From Caecitellus pseudoparvulus (lineage: Eukaryota > Protista > Bigyra: Bicosoecida): a stretch of 64,000 nucleotides of DNA. The notes beneath the pieces are model-generated. The model saw only the letters and a program-made list of their open reading frames with translations. It did not search any database and was not told where the DNA came from. The position numbers and the translations under genes are program-made. The stretch spans positions 9,578 through 73,577 of the forward strand of contig CBFFRQ010000179.1 in NCBI GenBank assembly GCA_965644315.1, given 5' to 3'. This document shows positions 36,168 to 46,701 of the stretch, in pieces. The number at the start of each line of letters is the position of its first letter. The first letter of the stretch is position 1.

Positions 36168-39100
36168 TCAGGGACTGGGACCTGGTTCTGCCGCCCCGCT
36201 GCCCTGTGGCTCCAGGATCCACCACAGCACGGTGTCTGGCGCGAGCTGGTGCGATAGCTGTTCAGGCAGGCAGTGCCGGATGCTGTCGATGCAGAGTGGC
36301 GATACGACGGGCGCCACTTGAGCAGCTGCATCCCGACAGGCCTCAAGCAGGGCAACCAAGAGGGGATACACTCCACGCGGTACTATGCGCGAGTTCAGCA
36401 CTCTCAGAAGTGCCAAGCATGCCAGGAGGTCGTCTGGCGCGACACACACACCCCGCCAGTCATCGGAGTCTGGCGCGCTGTCGGCATCTGAACCAGCGAC
36501 GCACAAAGCATGGTACAGAAGCGCTGCTCCGTGCAGGGCCAGGGGGGTCAGCCCCCCCTCACAGCCGCTGCACAGCGCTTGCAGGCAGTGGGAGAGGCGG
36601 GGGTGGCGGATGAGTGCGAGGAGGGGGGACAGGGGTGGGGCCGCAGCGGGCAGTGACTCCTGAGACTCACGAGCACGGTATGGCCGTGCCAATGCATCCA
36701 ACCAGGGTGACGTCACCGGCAACACAGCGTGCTGCCTCCACACATGCAGAATACCCTGCGCACTGTCAGCCGAGCTTGCGCCAGGTGCACAGGAATCCTC
36801 GTGGCTTGGGACGTCTGTTGCTGCTCCAAACCAGCTCTGAATGCGTTCAAGGAGAAAGCCACCGCTCCCTGAAGCCGAGCTAGATGCAGGCGTAGGTACA
36901 CTTTCAAGCAATGAGTCAACAGCCATCTGCTGTGCGGCAGAGATTATTTGCTGAGTTGCGCGGCGGCCGCCCAGGCCTGACACGTCCACGTTGAGCAGGC
37001 AGGAAATGTTGGGCAGCGTGTGGCGGAAGCCAGACGGCAGGAACACCATGGCGCCTGTGGCAATACAACAGCGGAAAACACAATCTTGCTCTTCCTGGCT
37101 CTGTTTGTTGATGAGGGCTGCAGCCGCGTCGCGCACGATGCATGATGGCAGCAGCGTCGAAACAGGCGCATGCAACCTGACCTGCTCTGTTTCAGGCATG
37201 ACAGCCTGCTCCTCCACGACCGCCACAAGTGCTGTACCCTCAGCAGTGCGCAAGAGAGAAGCACAGCGTTCGCGAAGTGCTTCGGCACCAAGCTCTGCGG
37301 CAATTCCTTGTACGAGGTGCAGCACGAGGCTGACCACGTCGTCGCCGGCATCCCACAACGCCCTCTGCCACCCACACGTGCGCATACCAGGAAGCAAGGC
37401 ACAGTAGGCGTCTGGGGCGCAGGGGGGCGCGCCTTCTCCGTCATGCGCCGTGTTCGACACGCAACTCAGCAACGCTTGAGTCACGGCCGTCACGCCGTCC
37501 TCCCACGCCCAAAGTGACGCCAGGCACAGTGCGTCGAGAAACGGAAGAATGCAGGCGCAACTCGTTGCAGTGCTCGGCCCTGCGAGTGTGTGGGCCTGCT
37601 GGGCGGCGGGCCAGACTGTCGGGCCCAGGCATGCAGCCAGGGTCACTGCGAGTTCCGCTGTCGAGGGGAGCGAGCCGGTGCTGGCCAGGTGCAGGCATAC
37701 CAGTCCCCCTTCCACCGACGGCACTCTGAGTGGGATGCCGGATGCAGTCTCTGCACAGGACTGTGACATGCGCACAGCGGCTTGCAAGTAGGGGCAGGGC
37801 AGGCCTGCGGCTGGCGTGTGAGGCACGAGGGCGCATTCCCAGGTAGGCGGGGCGCCGCTGGGGGCTTCAAGTGGGTCTAGCATCTGGCGCCAGCCCGGGG
37901 GAACGAGGAGTGCACTGAAGTCATCTTCGGGCACAAGAGCGAACGTTGCCTGGGCCGGGCGCCCGCCGCACAGCAGCAGATTCAACCAGCCCCGCTGGCC
38001 GTGAACAGACAGCGTGTCGCTCAGCGCAATGGCAGCTGATAGGATCTGCGCAGACAAAGAGGCGTTCACGAGGGACTGTCTGACGAGGGCATCTGGCACG
38101 GGCCCTGTCTGCGCCGCGTGCCAAATGCGTTCCTCGAGGGTTGGCGTTTGGATCTGCAGCCGTTGGCGCAGCTGCTCCACCACTGCCTCTTGCAGCCCGG
38201 CGGCACAGGCAGCGCTGCAGGCATCGGCCACAGGCGCTGTAATGTCGCAGGCAGAGTGCTCTGCGGTGGCGCTGAGGGAGGGTGGTGCGCGTTTGGGCAG
38301 GGCTTCGGACAGGGAGGCGAGGGACATGCCCGCCCGGCCCAGCTGCAGCAGGCACCGGAAACGCGCACGCAGCACGCAGGCGTGCACGATGGCGCGTTCA
38401 TCACCACGTTCCAGGCTCATGTGCCGCCTGGAGCTGTCCATGAGTTCAGGGGCTGCCTGGAGCAGCGCGCCAATGACACTTTCCCGCGTGCCAGAGCTGC
38501 TTGAAGCGGGGGGGAGACGTGTCGGCGCTGGCGAGGCATGGCCGGGTGGGAACCTGGCTCGCACGGCTTCGGGCAGCGACGTGGAGGTGCCCCACAATGC
38601 GCTTGGTAGCGTCGTCAAATGCTGCCACACTCGCCCCACAGATGTGTGCTGCAGGCACTGTGCGGCGAGCTGGTCAAGTGCCGGGCAAGCCTCCACGTCG
38701 GCCTGTACGGCCACCTGCAGCACAGTGTGCCCTTCCAAGTTCCGCAACATCGGGTGCAGGCCGTGTTGCAGGAGGCACAATAGCGTCTCGGTGTTCCCCA
38801 TGCGGGCGGCCAGGTGCAGGGGCGTGTCGCCACAGGGCACGGGGCCAGGCAGAAGCAGTGCAGCCACGCCTGGAAACCCCGCAACGAGCTCAGAGGCGGC
38901 CTGCCTCGCGAACACCGATGCAATGGTGTCTTGGGCACCAAAGGAAGTGTTGGCCAGCAGTGTCGCACACGCTGCTCGCATCTGCTGCCGCTGGTGTGGT
39001 CCGCACTGCAGGCTGCCAAGCAGCGCCTGCATGTGTTCTGCCGAGCCAAAAGCCGCCACAAGGTGCAGCAGAGACACACAAGTTGATTCACAAACACACA

Positions 39101-40211
39101 ATTTGAGCAAATTCCGGCCGTGCAGCAGCCTGTCCCCTTCCGCACCGGCCCAGTCGGAGGCTGGTCGCACTTCCAGCGACACTGCGCCCTCCACAGCACC
39201 CATGCCGCCTTTCTGCGCCAACCCCCGCAGCACTTCCCCCACCAGGGGGTGGGGCTGCGCAGGCTCTGGGCCAGGGCATGCCCAAATACCCACTGCCGCC
39301 TCCCTTGCCTGCGCACTGGTGCCCGCGGTTGCCCAGGCCAGCCACGCCAGAATGTGTGGCGATGCACCGTCCACATCCAGGCAGTTCGCACTCACTCCGC
39401 CCTGCACCAGTGCCTCTACAGCTGGGTGGCACAGCAGTGCAGTGGCGACGTGCAGCGGGCTGAGCGCATGTTTGTGCTTGCCTGGGAGAGTGTGTGGCAG
39501 GGCGGCCATGACTGCTGTGGCGGTTGCCGCATCCCGCTGTGCCCCGCTCGGCATGTGCGACCAGGTGACGCTTGCCTGGTCCCCACCTCCCCCATCGCTG
39601 CCCCCACACAGCTCCACCAGCACACCAGGCTGCACTGGTCCCGTGCCCCACACAGCACAGGATGCAGCTGCGAAGTGGGCGGGGCCGCACCCAGCCGCCG
39701 AGTGGCGCAGCGGCGCTGGCGATACCTCAAGCAAGGTGCTGGTGATGCTGGGGTAGGGTGGCAGGGGAATGGCAGCCATGGCGGACAGCATGCACGCCTT
39801 GCCGGGCAGGCGCCTGGCGAGCAGGGGCGCGAGGGGCCCTCCCGGCCCCTCGCGTGACCCCCCTTGCCCTGCGCCTGGTGCGCTCAGGCTGCCGAGGTGG
39901 GCCAGAACCCCCTGCAAGTCTCCTGCTGCGGCGGCCAAGAGGAGCGGAATGCCCCCGCTGGAGTGGTCCACTTCACGTACTTGCTGCGGGCTTTGTGCTC
40001 CTGCAATTCCTGCCGCGGCTGCTGGGGGACTCGTGTCTTCTTCAGAGCTGGAGCCAGTCAGTGTTTCGGCTGCCTGTATGGAGGGCTGGCGATGCCCGGG
40101 GGCAGGGGTGGCCTTTCGCGCAGGCAGGGACTTGAGGAAGGACAAGCTAGCATGCTTTCTTGCCGCCTTCTTGCCCTGCCCAGAGCGCCTAGCACGCAGG
40201 CGGCTGTGCAT
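36168..40211 (-). CDS. Ankyrin repeat-containing protein
   Basis: 1347-aa ORF with GDTPLHLAARMGNTETLLCLLQHG, LSPLHVA..ALVQGG, GHTVLQVA. The true start may be slightly upstream. Confidence 0.75.
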   Translation of the reverse strand: MHSRLRARRSGQGKKAARKHASLSFLKSLPARKATPAPGHRQPSIQAAETLTGSSSEEDTSPPAAAAGIAGAQSPQQVREVDHSSGGIPLLLAAAAGDLQGVLAHLGSLSAPGAGQGGSREGPGGPLAPLLARRLPGKACMLSAMAAIPLPPYPSITSTLLEVSPAPLRHSAAGCGPAHFAAASCAVWGTGPVQPGVLVELCGGSDGGGGDQASVTWSHMPSGAQRDAATATAVMAALPHTLPGKHKHALSPLHVATALLCHPAVEALVQGGVSANCLDVDGASPHILAWLAWATAGTSAQAREAAVGIWACPGPEPAQPHPLVGEVLRGLAQKGGMGAVEGAVSLEVRPASDWAGAEGDRLLHGRNLLKLCVCESTCVSLLHLVAAFGSAEHMQALLGSLQCGPHQRQQMRAACATLLANTSFGAQDTIASVFARQAASELVAGFPGVAALLLPGPVPCGDTPLHLAARMGNTETLLCLLQHGLHPMLRNLEGHTVLQVAVQADVEACPALDQLAAQCLQHTSVGRVWQHLTTLPSALWGTSTSLPEAVRARFPPGHASPAPTRLPPASSSSGTRESVIGALLQAAPELMDSSRRHMSLERGDERAIVHACVLRARFRCLLQLGRAGMSLASLSEALPKRAPPSLSATAEHSACDITAPVADACSAACAAGLQEAVVEQLRQRLQIQTPTLEERIWHAAQTGPVPDALVRQSLVNASLSAQILSAAIALSDTLSVHGQRGWLNLLLCGGRPAQATFALVPEDDFSALLVPPGWRQMLDPLEAPSGAPPTWECALVPHTPAAGLPCPYLQAAVRMSQSCAETASGIPLRVPSVEGGLVCLHLASTGSLPSTAELAVTLAACLGPTVWPAAQQAHTLAGPSTATSCACILPFLDALCLASLWAWEDGVTAVTQALLSCVSNTAHDGEGAPPCAPDAYCALLPGMRTCGWQRALWDAGDDVVSLVLHLVQGIAAELGAEALRERCASLLRTAEGTALVAVVEEQAVMPETEQVRLHAPVSTLLPSCIVRDAAAALINKQSQEEQDCVFRCCIATGAMVFLPSGFRHTLPNISCLLNVDVSGLGGRRATQQIISAAQQMAVDSLLESVPTPASSSASGSGGFLLERIQSWFGAATDVPSHEDSCAPGASSADSAQGILHVWRQHAVLPVTSPWLDALARPYRARESQESLPAAAPPLSPLLALIRHPRLSHCLQALCSGCEGGLTPLALHGAALLYHALCVAGSDADSAPDSDDWRGVCVAPDDLLACLALLRVLNSRIVPRGVYPLLVALLEACRDAAAQVAPVVSPLCIDSIRHCLPEQLSHQLAPDTVLWWILEPQGSGAAEPGPSP

Positions 40212-40463
40212 GTCCTCCGCGTTTCGGCGGCGTTACGCGCTGCCAGCCCACTTTGCGCGCTTGCGGAGCGGCCTGCACCCCCATCAAATTCTGATCCGAG
40301 GTAAGCCTGCGATCGAGCCGATCAGACATGCATGTTGTTTTGGTGGATTGTGTCATCCCTGCCACTTCTCCAGTCTGCAGGCCGTGAGGAGTGGACCAGG
40401 TTGCTCGATGCTGAGCTGGGCACGTGAACGATTTGCCCCACTCCAGGCGTTGCAAGGTCAAGC

Positions 40464-41981
40464 ATGAGCAGCACGGGTGGGAGCATGCGGAGAGCACGGC
40501 TTCCGCCTGTGGAGGACGCCGAGGCTGGCCAGACGCCCTCTGCAACCAGTGGTGGGCCATCCCCTGCGCCAGGCGTTGGAGGCGAAACGCCAGCCGATGC
40601 AGCATCTGGCGCCGAGGCTCCAACACAGGCGCAGCCGACGCCACAGGCCAAGCCTGGAGCACGGCGTGCTCCCTCTCAAGGGGACACCCCAGCAGCGTCT
40701 GAGCCGAGTGAGTCTGGTGGCGGCGAGGCGGACACTCCTGCCGAGGGGGGCGCTGAAACGGCAGCGCAGGCTGAAGGCGGCGAGGGCGCCACACGAGAGA
40801 AGACGCCTGGCCCCGAGCAGGTGCACGAGCCCGTGTGGGATACTCTGCCTGCGACACCCCTGGACACTGCCTTTGGCACTGGGTACCCCACCGCCCCGCT
40901 GGCTGAGGTGCTCAAGGCGCACAACGCAGTGGGCTTGACTGAGTTTACCGAGGGCGGCACGCCGGTGTGGAACTCGCGAGCCCGGGGCACACTTGCAGCG
41001 CTGTGCGGCCGGGGCATGGTGCCGGGCTCCGCCGTCCTGGCCTGGCTCATCACTGGCCTGCTGGGGTTCGTGGCGCTGGGCACAGCCACTGGCCTCACAG
41101 TGGTGTGCCTGCTGGAGGGCATGTGCGGCGCCAGCGCCATACCCAGCGCCTCGCCCTTCGCCGACAACCTGTACGTGATATTCTCCATGTGGGTGCTGTG
41201 CGTTGTAGCGCCGGCGGCGGCAGTGTCGCTTGCCCTGCAGCGGCAGGGGCCGTTGCTCACGGCGCTCCTGCTCACCGCATCTGCCGCCGTGGCGTGCATC
41301 GTCTCTGGCATCATCGCCCTGGCAGACTCTGAGCCGGGCAACGTCGGCAGTGTGGCGGACGGCATTTGGCCACAGCTCACACCCGTCGAGCGGTCTTTTT
41401 TTGACGATCGCCAGGCCACGTTTGAGGCTCAGCTGCGCCGAGGCAGCATCGTGTACGGCACGCTGGGGTTTGTGATTGGCGTGTTGCTGGGGTTGGTGGC
41501 GCTGGCGCAGCTGTACCTGTTGTGGGCGTGGGGCGGCTGGTTGGAAGACCGCTGCACCTGGTGCTGCCCTGCAGCTGGCGTTCGCCTCGTCGACGGCGAC
41601 ACCGACGCTTCGGCTGGTTTTGGCGTGTCGAGCCAGCCAGATGGGACGCAGCCACAGCACCTGCCACGACCCACCTCCTCCGGCACTGGGGAGTCCAAGG
41701 CCCCTGACGATGACTCCGTCCCAGCCCTGCCCCAGCGCAAGTCCGCAGCCCCAGCGGCTTCACGAGAGCCGACGCCAGAGGCTGGCGATGCAGAGCAGCC
41801 TCACGCCGCAGGTGTCGGTGGGGACGATGCTGGCGCTGCGGCTGGCTCAGATGCCGCTCTCCTGTCGCCCCAGCGTGGGCTGGCTGGTTCGCGCGAGGGT
41901 TCGCGGTCAGACCTCCTGCGGTCACCGGAAGCTGGCGCATCTACGCAGCCACGCCCCCGACGGGCCCTGGCTGCCCAGTGA
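40464..41981 (+). CDS. Four-TM membrane protein with disordered acidic/Pro-rich termini
   Basis: 505-aa ORF; three clustered hydrophobic helices, a loop and a fourth helix (tetraspanin-like topology without a recognisable CCG). Confidence 0.65.
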   Translation: MSSTGGSMRRARLPPVEDAEAGQTPSATSGGPSPAPGVGGETPADAASGAEAPTQAQPTPQAKPGARRAPSQGDTPAASEPSESGGGEADTPAEGGAETAAQAEGGEGATREKTPGPEQVHEPVWDTLPATPLDTAFGTGYPTAPLAEVLKAHNAVGLTEFTEGGTPVWNSRARGTLAALCGRGMVPGSAVLAWLITGLLGFVALGTATGLTVVCLLEGMCGASAIPSASPFADNLYVIFSMWVLCVVAPAAAVSLALQRQGPLLTALLLTASAAVACIVSGIIALADSEPGNVGSVADGIWPQLTPVERSFFDDRQATFEAQLRRGSIVYGTLGFVIGVLLGLVALAQLYLLWAWGGWLEDRCTWCCPAAGVRLVDGDTDASAGFGVSSQPDGTQPQHLPRPTSSGTGESKAPDDDSVPALPQRKSAAPAASREPTPEAGDAEQPHAAGVGGDDAGAAAGSDAALLSPQRGLAGSREGSRSDLLRSPEAGASTQPRPRRALAAQ

Positions 41982-42254
41982 GGGACTGACGTGTGCTGTT
42001 TGATTGAACTGCAAGCGTGCTTGTTGGCCTTTCCGCTGTGAGGCGCAGTGCTGTCTGATGCAGGGTGGAGTGAAGCAGCAACGCCGCCCGTGGTTCTGAG
42101 CTGTGGGCTTGTCCTGCTGCAGATATTGCCCACGCAAGCTAGCCCCCAGGCTGCACACAGTAAACAACACTGCTGCACGGGACGCCAATGCACAGTGCAT
42201 TGCTCTTACCCACCTCAGACTCAAAGCCCCTTACACCAGCCTCTGCCCCCCCCA

Positions 42255-43511
42255 TCACTTCTTCCCGCCACGCCCACCCTTGCGCTTGCCAGCGCTGCGG
42301 CGCGCAGAGGCCGCTACCGCCTGGCCCACAGCCTTCGCGGAGCCAGTGGCTGTCTTGGCTTTCTTGGCCTGCTTCGCCGCGGCCATGTCTGCGCCTGGCG
42401 TGGCGCCCATGTGAGATCGGCCCCCCTCTGCCCGTGAGCGCTTGGAGCCCTTGGCCTTGAGGCGGCCATAGGCGCCGGAGGGGCGCTTGGCAGCCTTGGC
42501 GGCGCGGGCCTTGGCCTGTTCGGCTGCGTCCTTGCACTTGGAGGCCTTGATGGTCTGGCCCCCCACCTCCTTGCCGTTCAGGGCCTTGGCCACGGCAGAC
42601 ACCGCCCCCGCGTGCTGCAGACCGACGTACGCGACGCCTTTGGACTTGCGCGTCACGCGGTCACGCAGCAGACGCACGTACCGCACACCCTGTGCGCCGC
42701 CCTTCACCACAGGCAGCAGCAGCTGCCACACACCCTCCTCGTCCAGACTCCACGGCAGGTGCCCCAGGAACAGAGTCTTCTTCGGGTCTTTGTCCATGCC
42801 GCTGGCCTGGCCTGATGTGCCTTCCCCAGCCGCTGCTGGGCCCTTGTTGGACACGGCATCCACCCGCACGTGGCGCCCACACAGCACCTTGCCTGACAGG
42901 CCCACGGCGTACGGGACAAAGGCGGCTGAGCGCAGCACGACGTATGCGTTGGCAGCAGGGGCGGGGGCGGCAGGTTCACCCTCGTGCTGCGGCTTCTGCA
43001 TGGGGTGCGCGGGCGCCTCTCCGCTGGCGGCAGGGCCTTTGCTGGCGTCGCCGTATGAGCCAGTGGTGTAGGCTGCCTTGAGCATGGCCTTGTACGAGGA
43101 GCCCGGCGCCACGGCGAGTTTGGAGATGGCGAAGCTGCGCAGGCGAGCAGACTCCACGATCCCGCCGCCTCGATCTGTCAGCTTCTTCTTCTGCCGCTGG
43201 CGATCCCCTGATGTGCCCTGTGCGCTGTCTGGCTGCGCTTCTGGCTCTGGCGCCGGCAACTCGATTTCCGCACCCGCCGCTTTCATGGCAGCTTTGACTC
43301 CGTCCCTGATGAAGGAGATGATGGCATTGCGGGGCGTGTCGGCAGCGACATTGCCGATGAATATCGTCCGCGCCTCCTTCTCGGCCATCTCCTCCTTGCT
43401 GAGCTTGGGTTGCTTGGGCGCCTCTGTTCCACTCGCCGCCTCTGGCTTGGGAGCGTCAGGGAACACGTCCAGCGGCTTGCTGGCCTTGAAGGCCTCTGCC
43501 AGGGCCGCCAT
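42255..43511 (-). CDS. RBM34: RBM34/Nop12-like nucleolar RRM protein
   Basis: ARTIFIGNV..VESARLRSFA..NAYVV..HVRVD; second RRM TLFLGHLPWSLDEE..VRLLRDRVTRKSKGVAYV; basic tail. Confidence 0.85.
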   Translation of the reverse strand: MAALAEAFKASKPLDVFPDAPKPEAASGTEAPKQPKLSKEEMAEKEARTIFIGNVAADTPRNAIISFIRDGVKAAMKAAGAEIELPAPEPEAQPDSAQGTSGDRQRQKKKLTDRGGGIVESARLRSFAISKLAVAPGSSYKAMLKAAYTTGSYGDASKGPAASGEAPAHPMQKPQHEGEPAAPAPAANAYVVLRSAAFVPYAVGLSGKVLCGRHVRVDAVSNKGPAAAGEGTSGQASGMDKDPKKTLFLGHLPWSLDEEGVWQLLLPVVKGGAQGVRYVRLLRDRVTRKSKGVAYVGLQHAGAVSAVAKALNGKEVGGQTIKASKCKDAAEQAKARAAKAAKRPSGAYGRLKAKGSKRSRAEGGRSHMGATPGADMAAAKQAKKAKTATGSAKAVGQAVAASARRSAGKRKGGRGGKK

Positions 43512-43857
43512 GCTGCTGAAGGGGCTGGTGGCGCGATGGTACGGGTGCCATTCGCCAGGGCTGGTGCGTGGTGGGAGGCGTGGTGCTGAGTGAAGTTGGC
43601 AGGCCTTGCCGAAAGCGAAGGCTGGCGATGACCCCTCACACCACGCCTTGCCCCCCCCCTCCCGCAAGCATGACTTCTGTGCGAAGCCCCCCTCCATACC
43701 GCGCAAGCATGCCAATTACAAACCCCCAGAAACCACCCTTGTTTCCCTGGCCAGTGCCCTGGTGCGCGCAGATTGACAGTGCCAGGCTGCGGATTTTCTG
43801 AGTGCTCTGAGGCAGCCAAGTTTAGCCGGCTCCCCCACGCCACTCACGCCAGCAAAG

Positions 43858-46616
43858 ATGTACGGGACGGAGGCAGACGTGACTGTCTCCAGCGCCTCGC
43901 GCATGAAGGGCAAGGACTGCAAGAAGCTGCGCGCTGCCATCGCGGACCAGCTGTACCTGCATGATCCTGCGGCTTTTGACGAGTTGCTGCCTGTCAAGGT
44001 GCGTGCCACGCCGGCGCAGGAACTGGGCTGGGCGCCGAGTGCAGGCACACCTGCTGGGCCACCTGCGCCACCCACTTCACCTACACTGCCCCTGGCCCCC
44101 TCCCTGTGCAGGGCGGAATCGAAGCGCTCAAATACGCCAACCGCACGGTTGGGTACGTGACCAAGGACTCTGGCTCAGTGCCACTGTTCCTGGATGCAAA
44201 CCCCAAGGCCAAGAACGGGGTGATGGTGCCCACCCTGGCTGGCGCATGGTCAGGCGCCGAAAACATCCCTGCTTCCGGGCTGGCTCCTGAGGCAGTCCTG
44301 GCCAACCTGGCGTCAGCCAAGCCCGGCACCGGCGCAGGCACGCTCACAGGGTGCATGAAGGAGATCCTGGTGAACGTGTCTGTGGCCAACTTCGTGCTGA
44401 AGGGCGCCGACCTCATGGCGCCTGGCGTCGTGCGTGTGCCTGGCCACACCCTGCAGCAGCTGCGGGGTGAGGGTGAGCCAGCAGCAGCCGCTGCCGAGGC
44501 CGGGGCGGGGGGGGGTGATGCGGAGGAGGGGGGTGGAGTGCACCCTCTGCTGCGCCATGTGGACACGACACTGGGCATGCCGGCTGCCGAGGCGGAGGAG
44601 CTGGTGCTGGTGCGGACAGTGGGGAACCCCCTGCCTTGGGCGCTGGGACGCTTGCTCATGAGCACGGCCGACGCGAACTTGAACGGCATGAGGGGTCGTC
44701 TACTGGCACCTGTGCATGTGTACCGTGACCCGCTGTGGAAGGCGTGTGGGTGCATCATCCCCAACGACGGCTTCACGCAAAACCAGGTGTCCCCAGTGCA
44801 CGCCGTGGACACAGTGGGGCGTCTGGCTCGCGAGGCTGTGCTGGCGCTCAGCGCGGCGCATAAGGCTGCGTCCAGTGGAGGGGAGGGGCGTGCCCCGGCA
44901 CCCCCCTCTGAAGGCGCACCTCCCGCCCCCCCTGCAGAGGAGGAGGACGAGGGGCCCCTGGCGGCACTGCCTGGCCTCATTGCCGCGACACAGGAAGCTG
45001 TGCAGCAGGTGAAGCTGGCAGCACGGGTGGTGGGTGTGCCTGAGTGGGAGGTGTGGTGTGTGGCAGGCATTCGCGAGGGGGCAGTGGCGCCCCTGGTGCA
45101 GGCCGCCACTGCCCTGGTGGGGGGTGAGGCTGCCGTGGCGGCCGCCGCGGGCGAGGAGGGGGCGGACGACGATCTGGATGTGTTGGCGGAGGGTGGCATG
45201 GGGGGGTCTGGCGTGGCGGCTGGCGCGGAGGGTGGCACGACGCTGGCCGCTGCCGGGCGCACCGTGACTGCCACAGGCGAGGCAGCGCCCTGGTTCATGA
45301 CGCAGTCTGACGACGAGCTGGCATGGAACTGCCTGCTGCAGGCACTGAAGAGCAGCGTGAAGCCCAGCAAGCTGCCCATGCTGGCCAGCACACTGTGGAG
45401 CGCGCACATCCTGCCCGCTCGCCCAGTGGGCACCGTCATGAACATCAAGGGCAGCAAGTTCAAGAAGGTGTCCACGCTGCTGATGCAGGGCGAGATGCAG
45501 GGCATTCTGACGCTGGAGCCCGCCTCGGACATTGACGAGGCGCTGCTGGAGGAGCTGGGGCTGCAGGACGCAGATGATCTGGAGGGCATCCTGGTGGTGA
45601 CGGACGTGGACCGCACGGCGGCAGACCTGAAGGCATTCAAGCCGTGGCCTGCTGCCAAGACGGTGCGAGGCGAGGCTGCCGCAGCGGAGGCGGCGGAGGA
45701 GGAGGCAGCCGCTGCGGCGGCGGCGGCATCAGGGGGTGCCTTTGCGCGGGGCATTCCCGCCATCATCGAGCTGTTCAAGCCCCTGGCGGACTTCCTGCCT
45801 GTCGTGGAGGGCGCCAAGGATGCCGAGGAGTTCTGGGCTGCTGCCGGCAAGGCCCCTGCCGACCTGAAGGTGCCGCCCATGCCGCAGGGCGTGGATGTCA
45901 TGGCGCTGTCCAAGGGCAAGGTGCGCGCACACGGTGCAGAGGTGCCGGCCAAGGACCTGGCCTTCCCTGGCCAAGAGGTGATCGCCATGCTGGGGCGGTA
46001 CGTGCGTTCCCGCAGTTTGTACCACCCAACAGACCCGTCGGCGGTGGTTCTGGATGCGACGCTGGGGCAGGGGCTGTTCAAGGGCATCAACAAGCGCCTA
46101 CTGACGGACCTGGACATCCCCCCCTTTGCGTCGGGGCACCCTGACAGCATCTCCAAGGCACAGCTGGGCAAGCTGGCCATGCTGCGCTGCTCGCCGTGGC
46201 ACCTGCTGTGCTACAGCAATGGCGATCAGGTGGCGTCCCGAGGACACCCGCCCACCATCACCGTCATCCGGGCCAGCGTGCCCAACCGCAAGACCAAGGC
46301 TGCCACGCTGATCCGGGGCCTGGAGTACTTTGGCGTGGACCCGGGCGCCGTGGCGTCGGGGGCCTCTTCCAAGTTCGCTTGCTCAGCGACCGTGCAGCCC
46401 ATCCCCGTGAAGGAGGGCGAGAAGTCCCCGGGCAAGGAGGTCATGGTGCAGGGCGACGCCTGCGACGGCATGCCGGCCTTCCTGACGGAGGAGTTCAAGG
46501 TGCCGCCCAAGTTCATCACAGTGGACGACTCAGGCGGCCCCAAGCGCGGCGGGAAGAAGGGCGGTGGCGGCGGGAAGAAGGGAGGCGGCAAGGGCGGCGG
46601 CAGGCGCAAGCGGTAA
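43858..46616 (+). CDS. EIF2D: Eukaryotic translation initiation factor 2D (ligatin): pre-PUA, PUA, SWIB-like, SUI1
   Basis: MKGKDCKKLR..; intron 43999-44111; VPTL..W; FVLKGADLMAPGV; IKGSKFKKVS; TLIRGLEYFGVDP..FACSATV..VMVQGD. Confidence 0.9.
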
Positions 46617-46701
46617 AATGCAAACGGTGTGATGATCTGACACCCAAGTGCAGGCGCCTTCAGTGCTCCCGGCGCACACGCACTGCCACCCCGCCGGCAG
46701 C

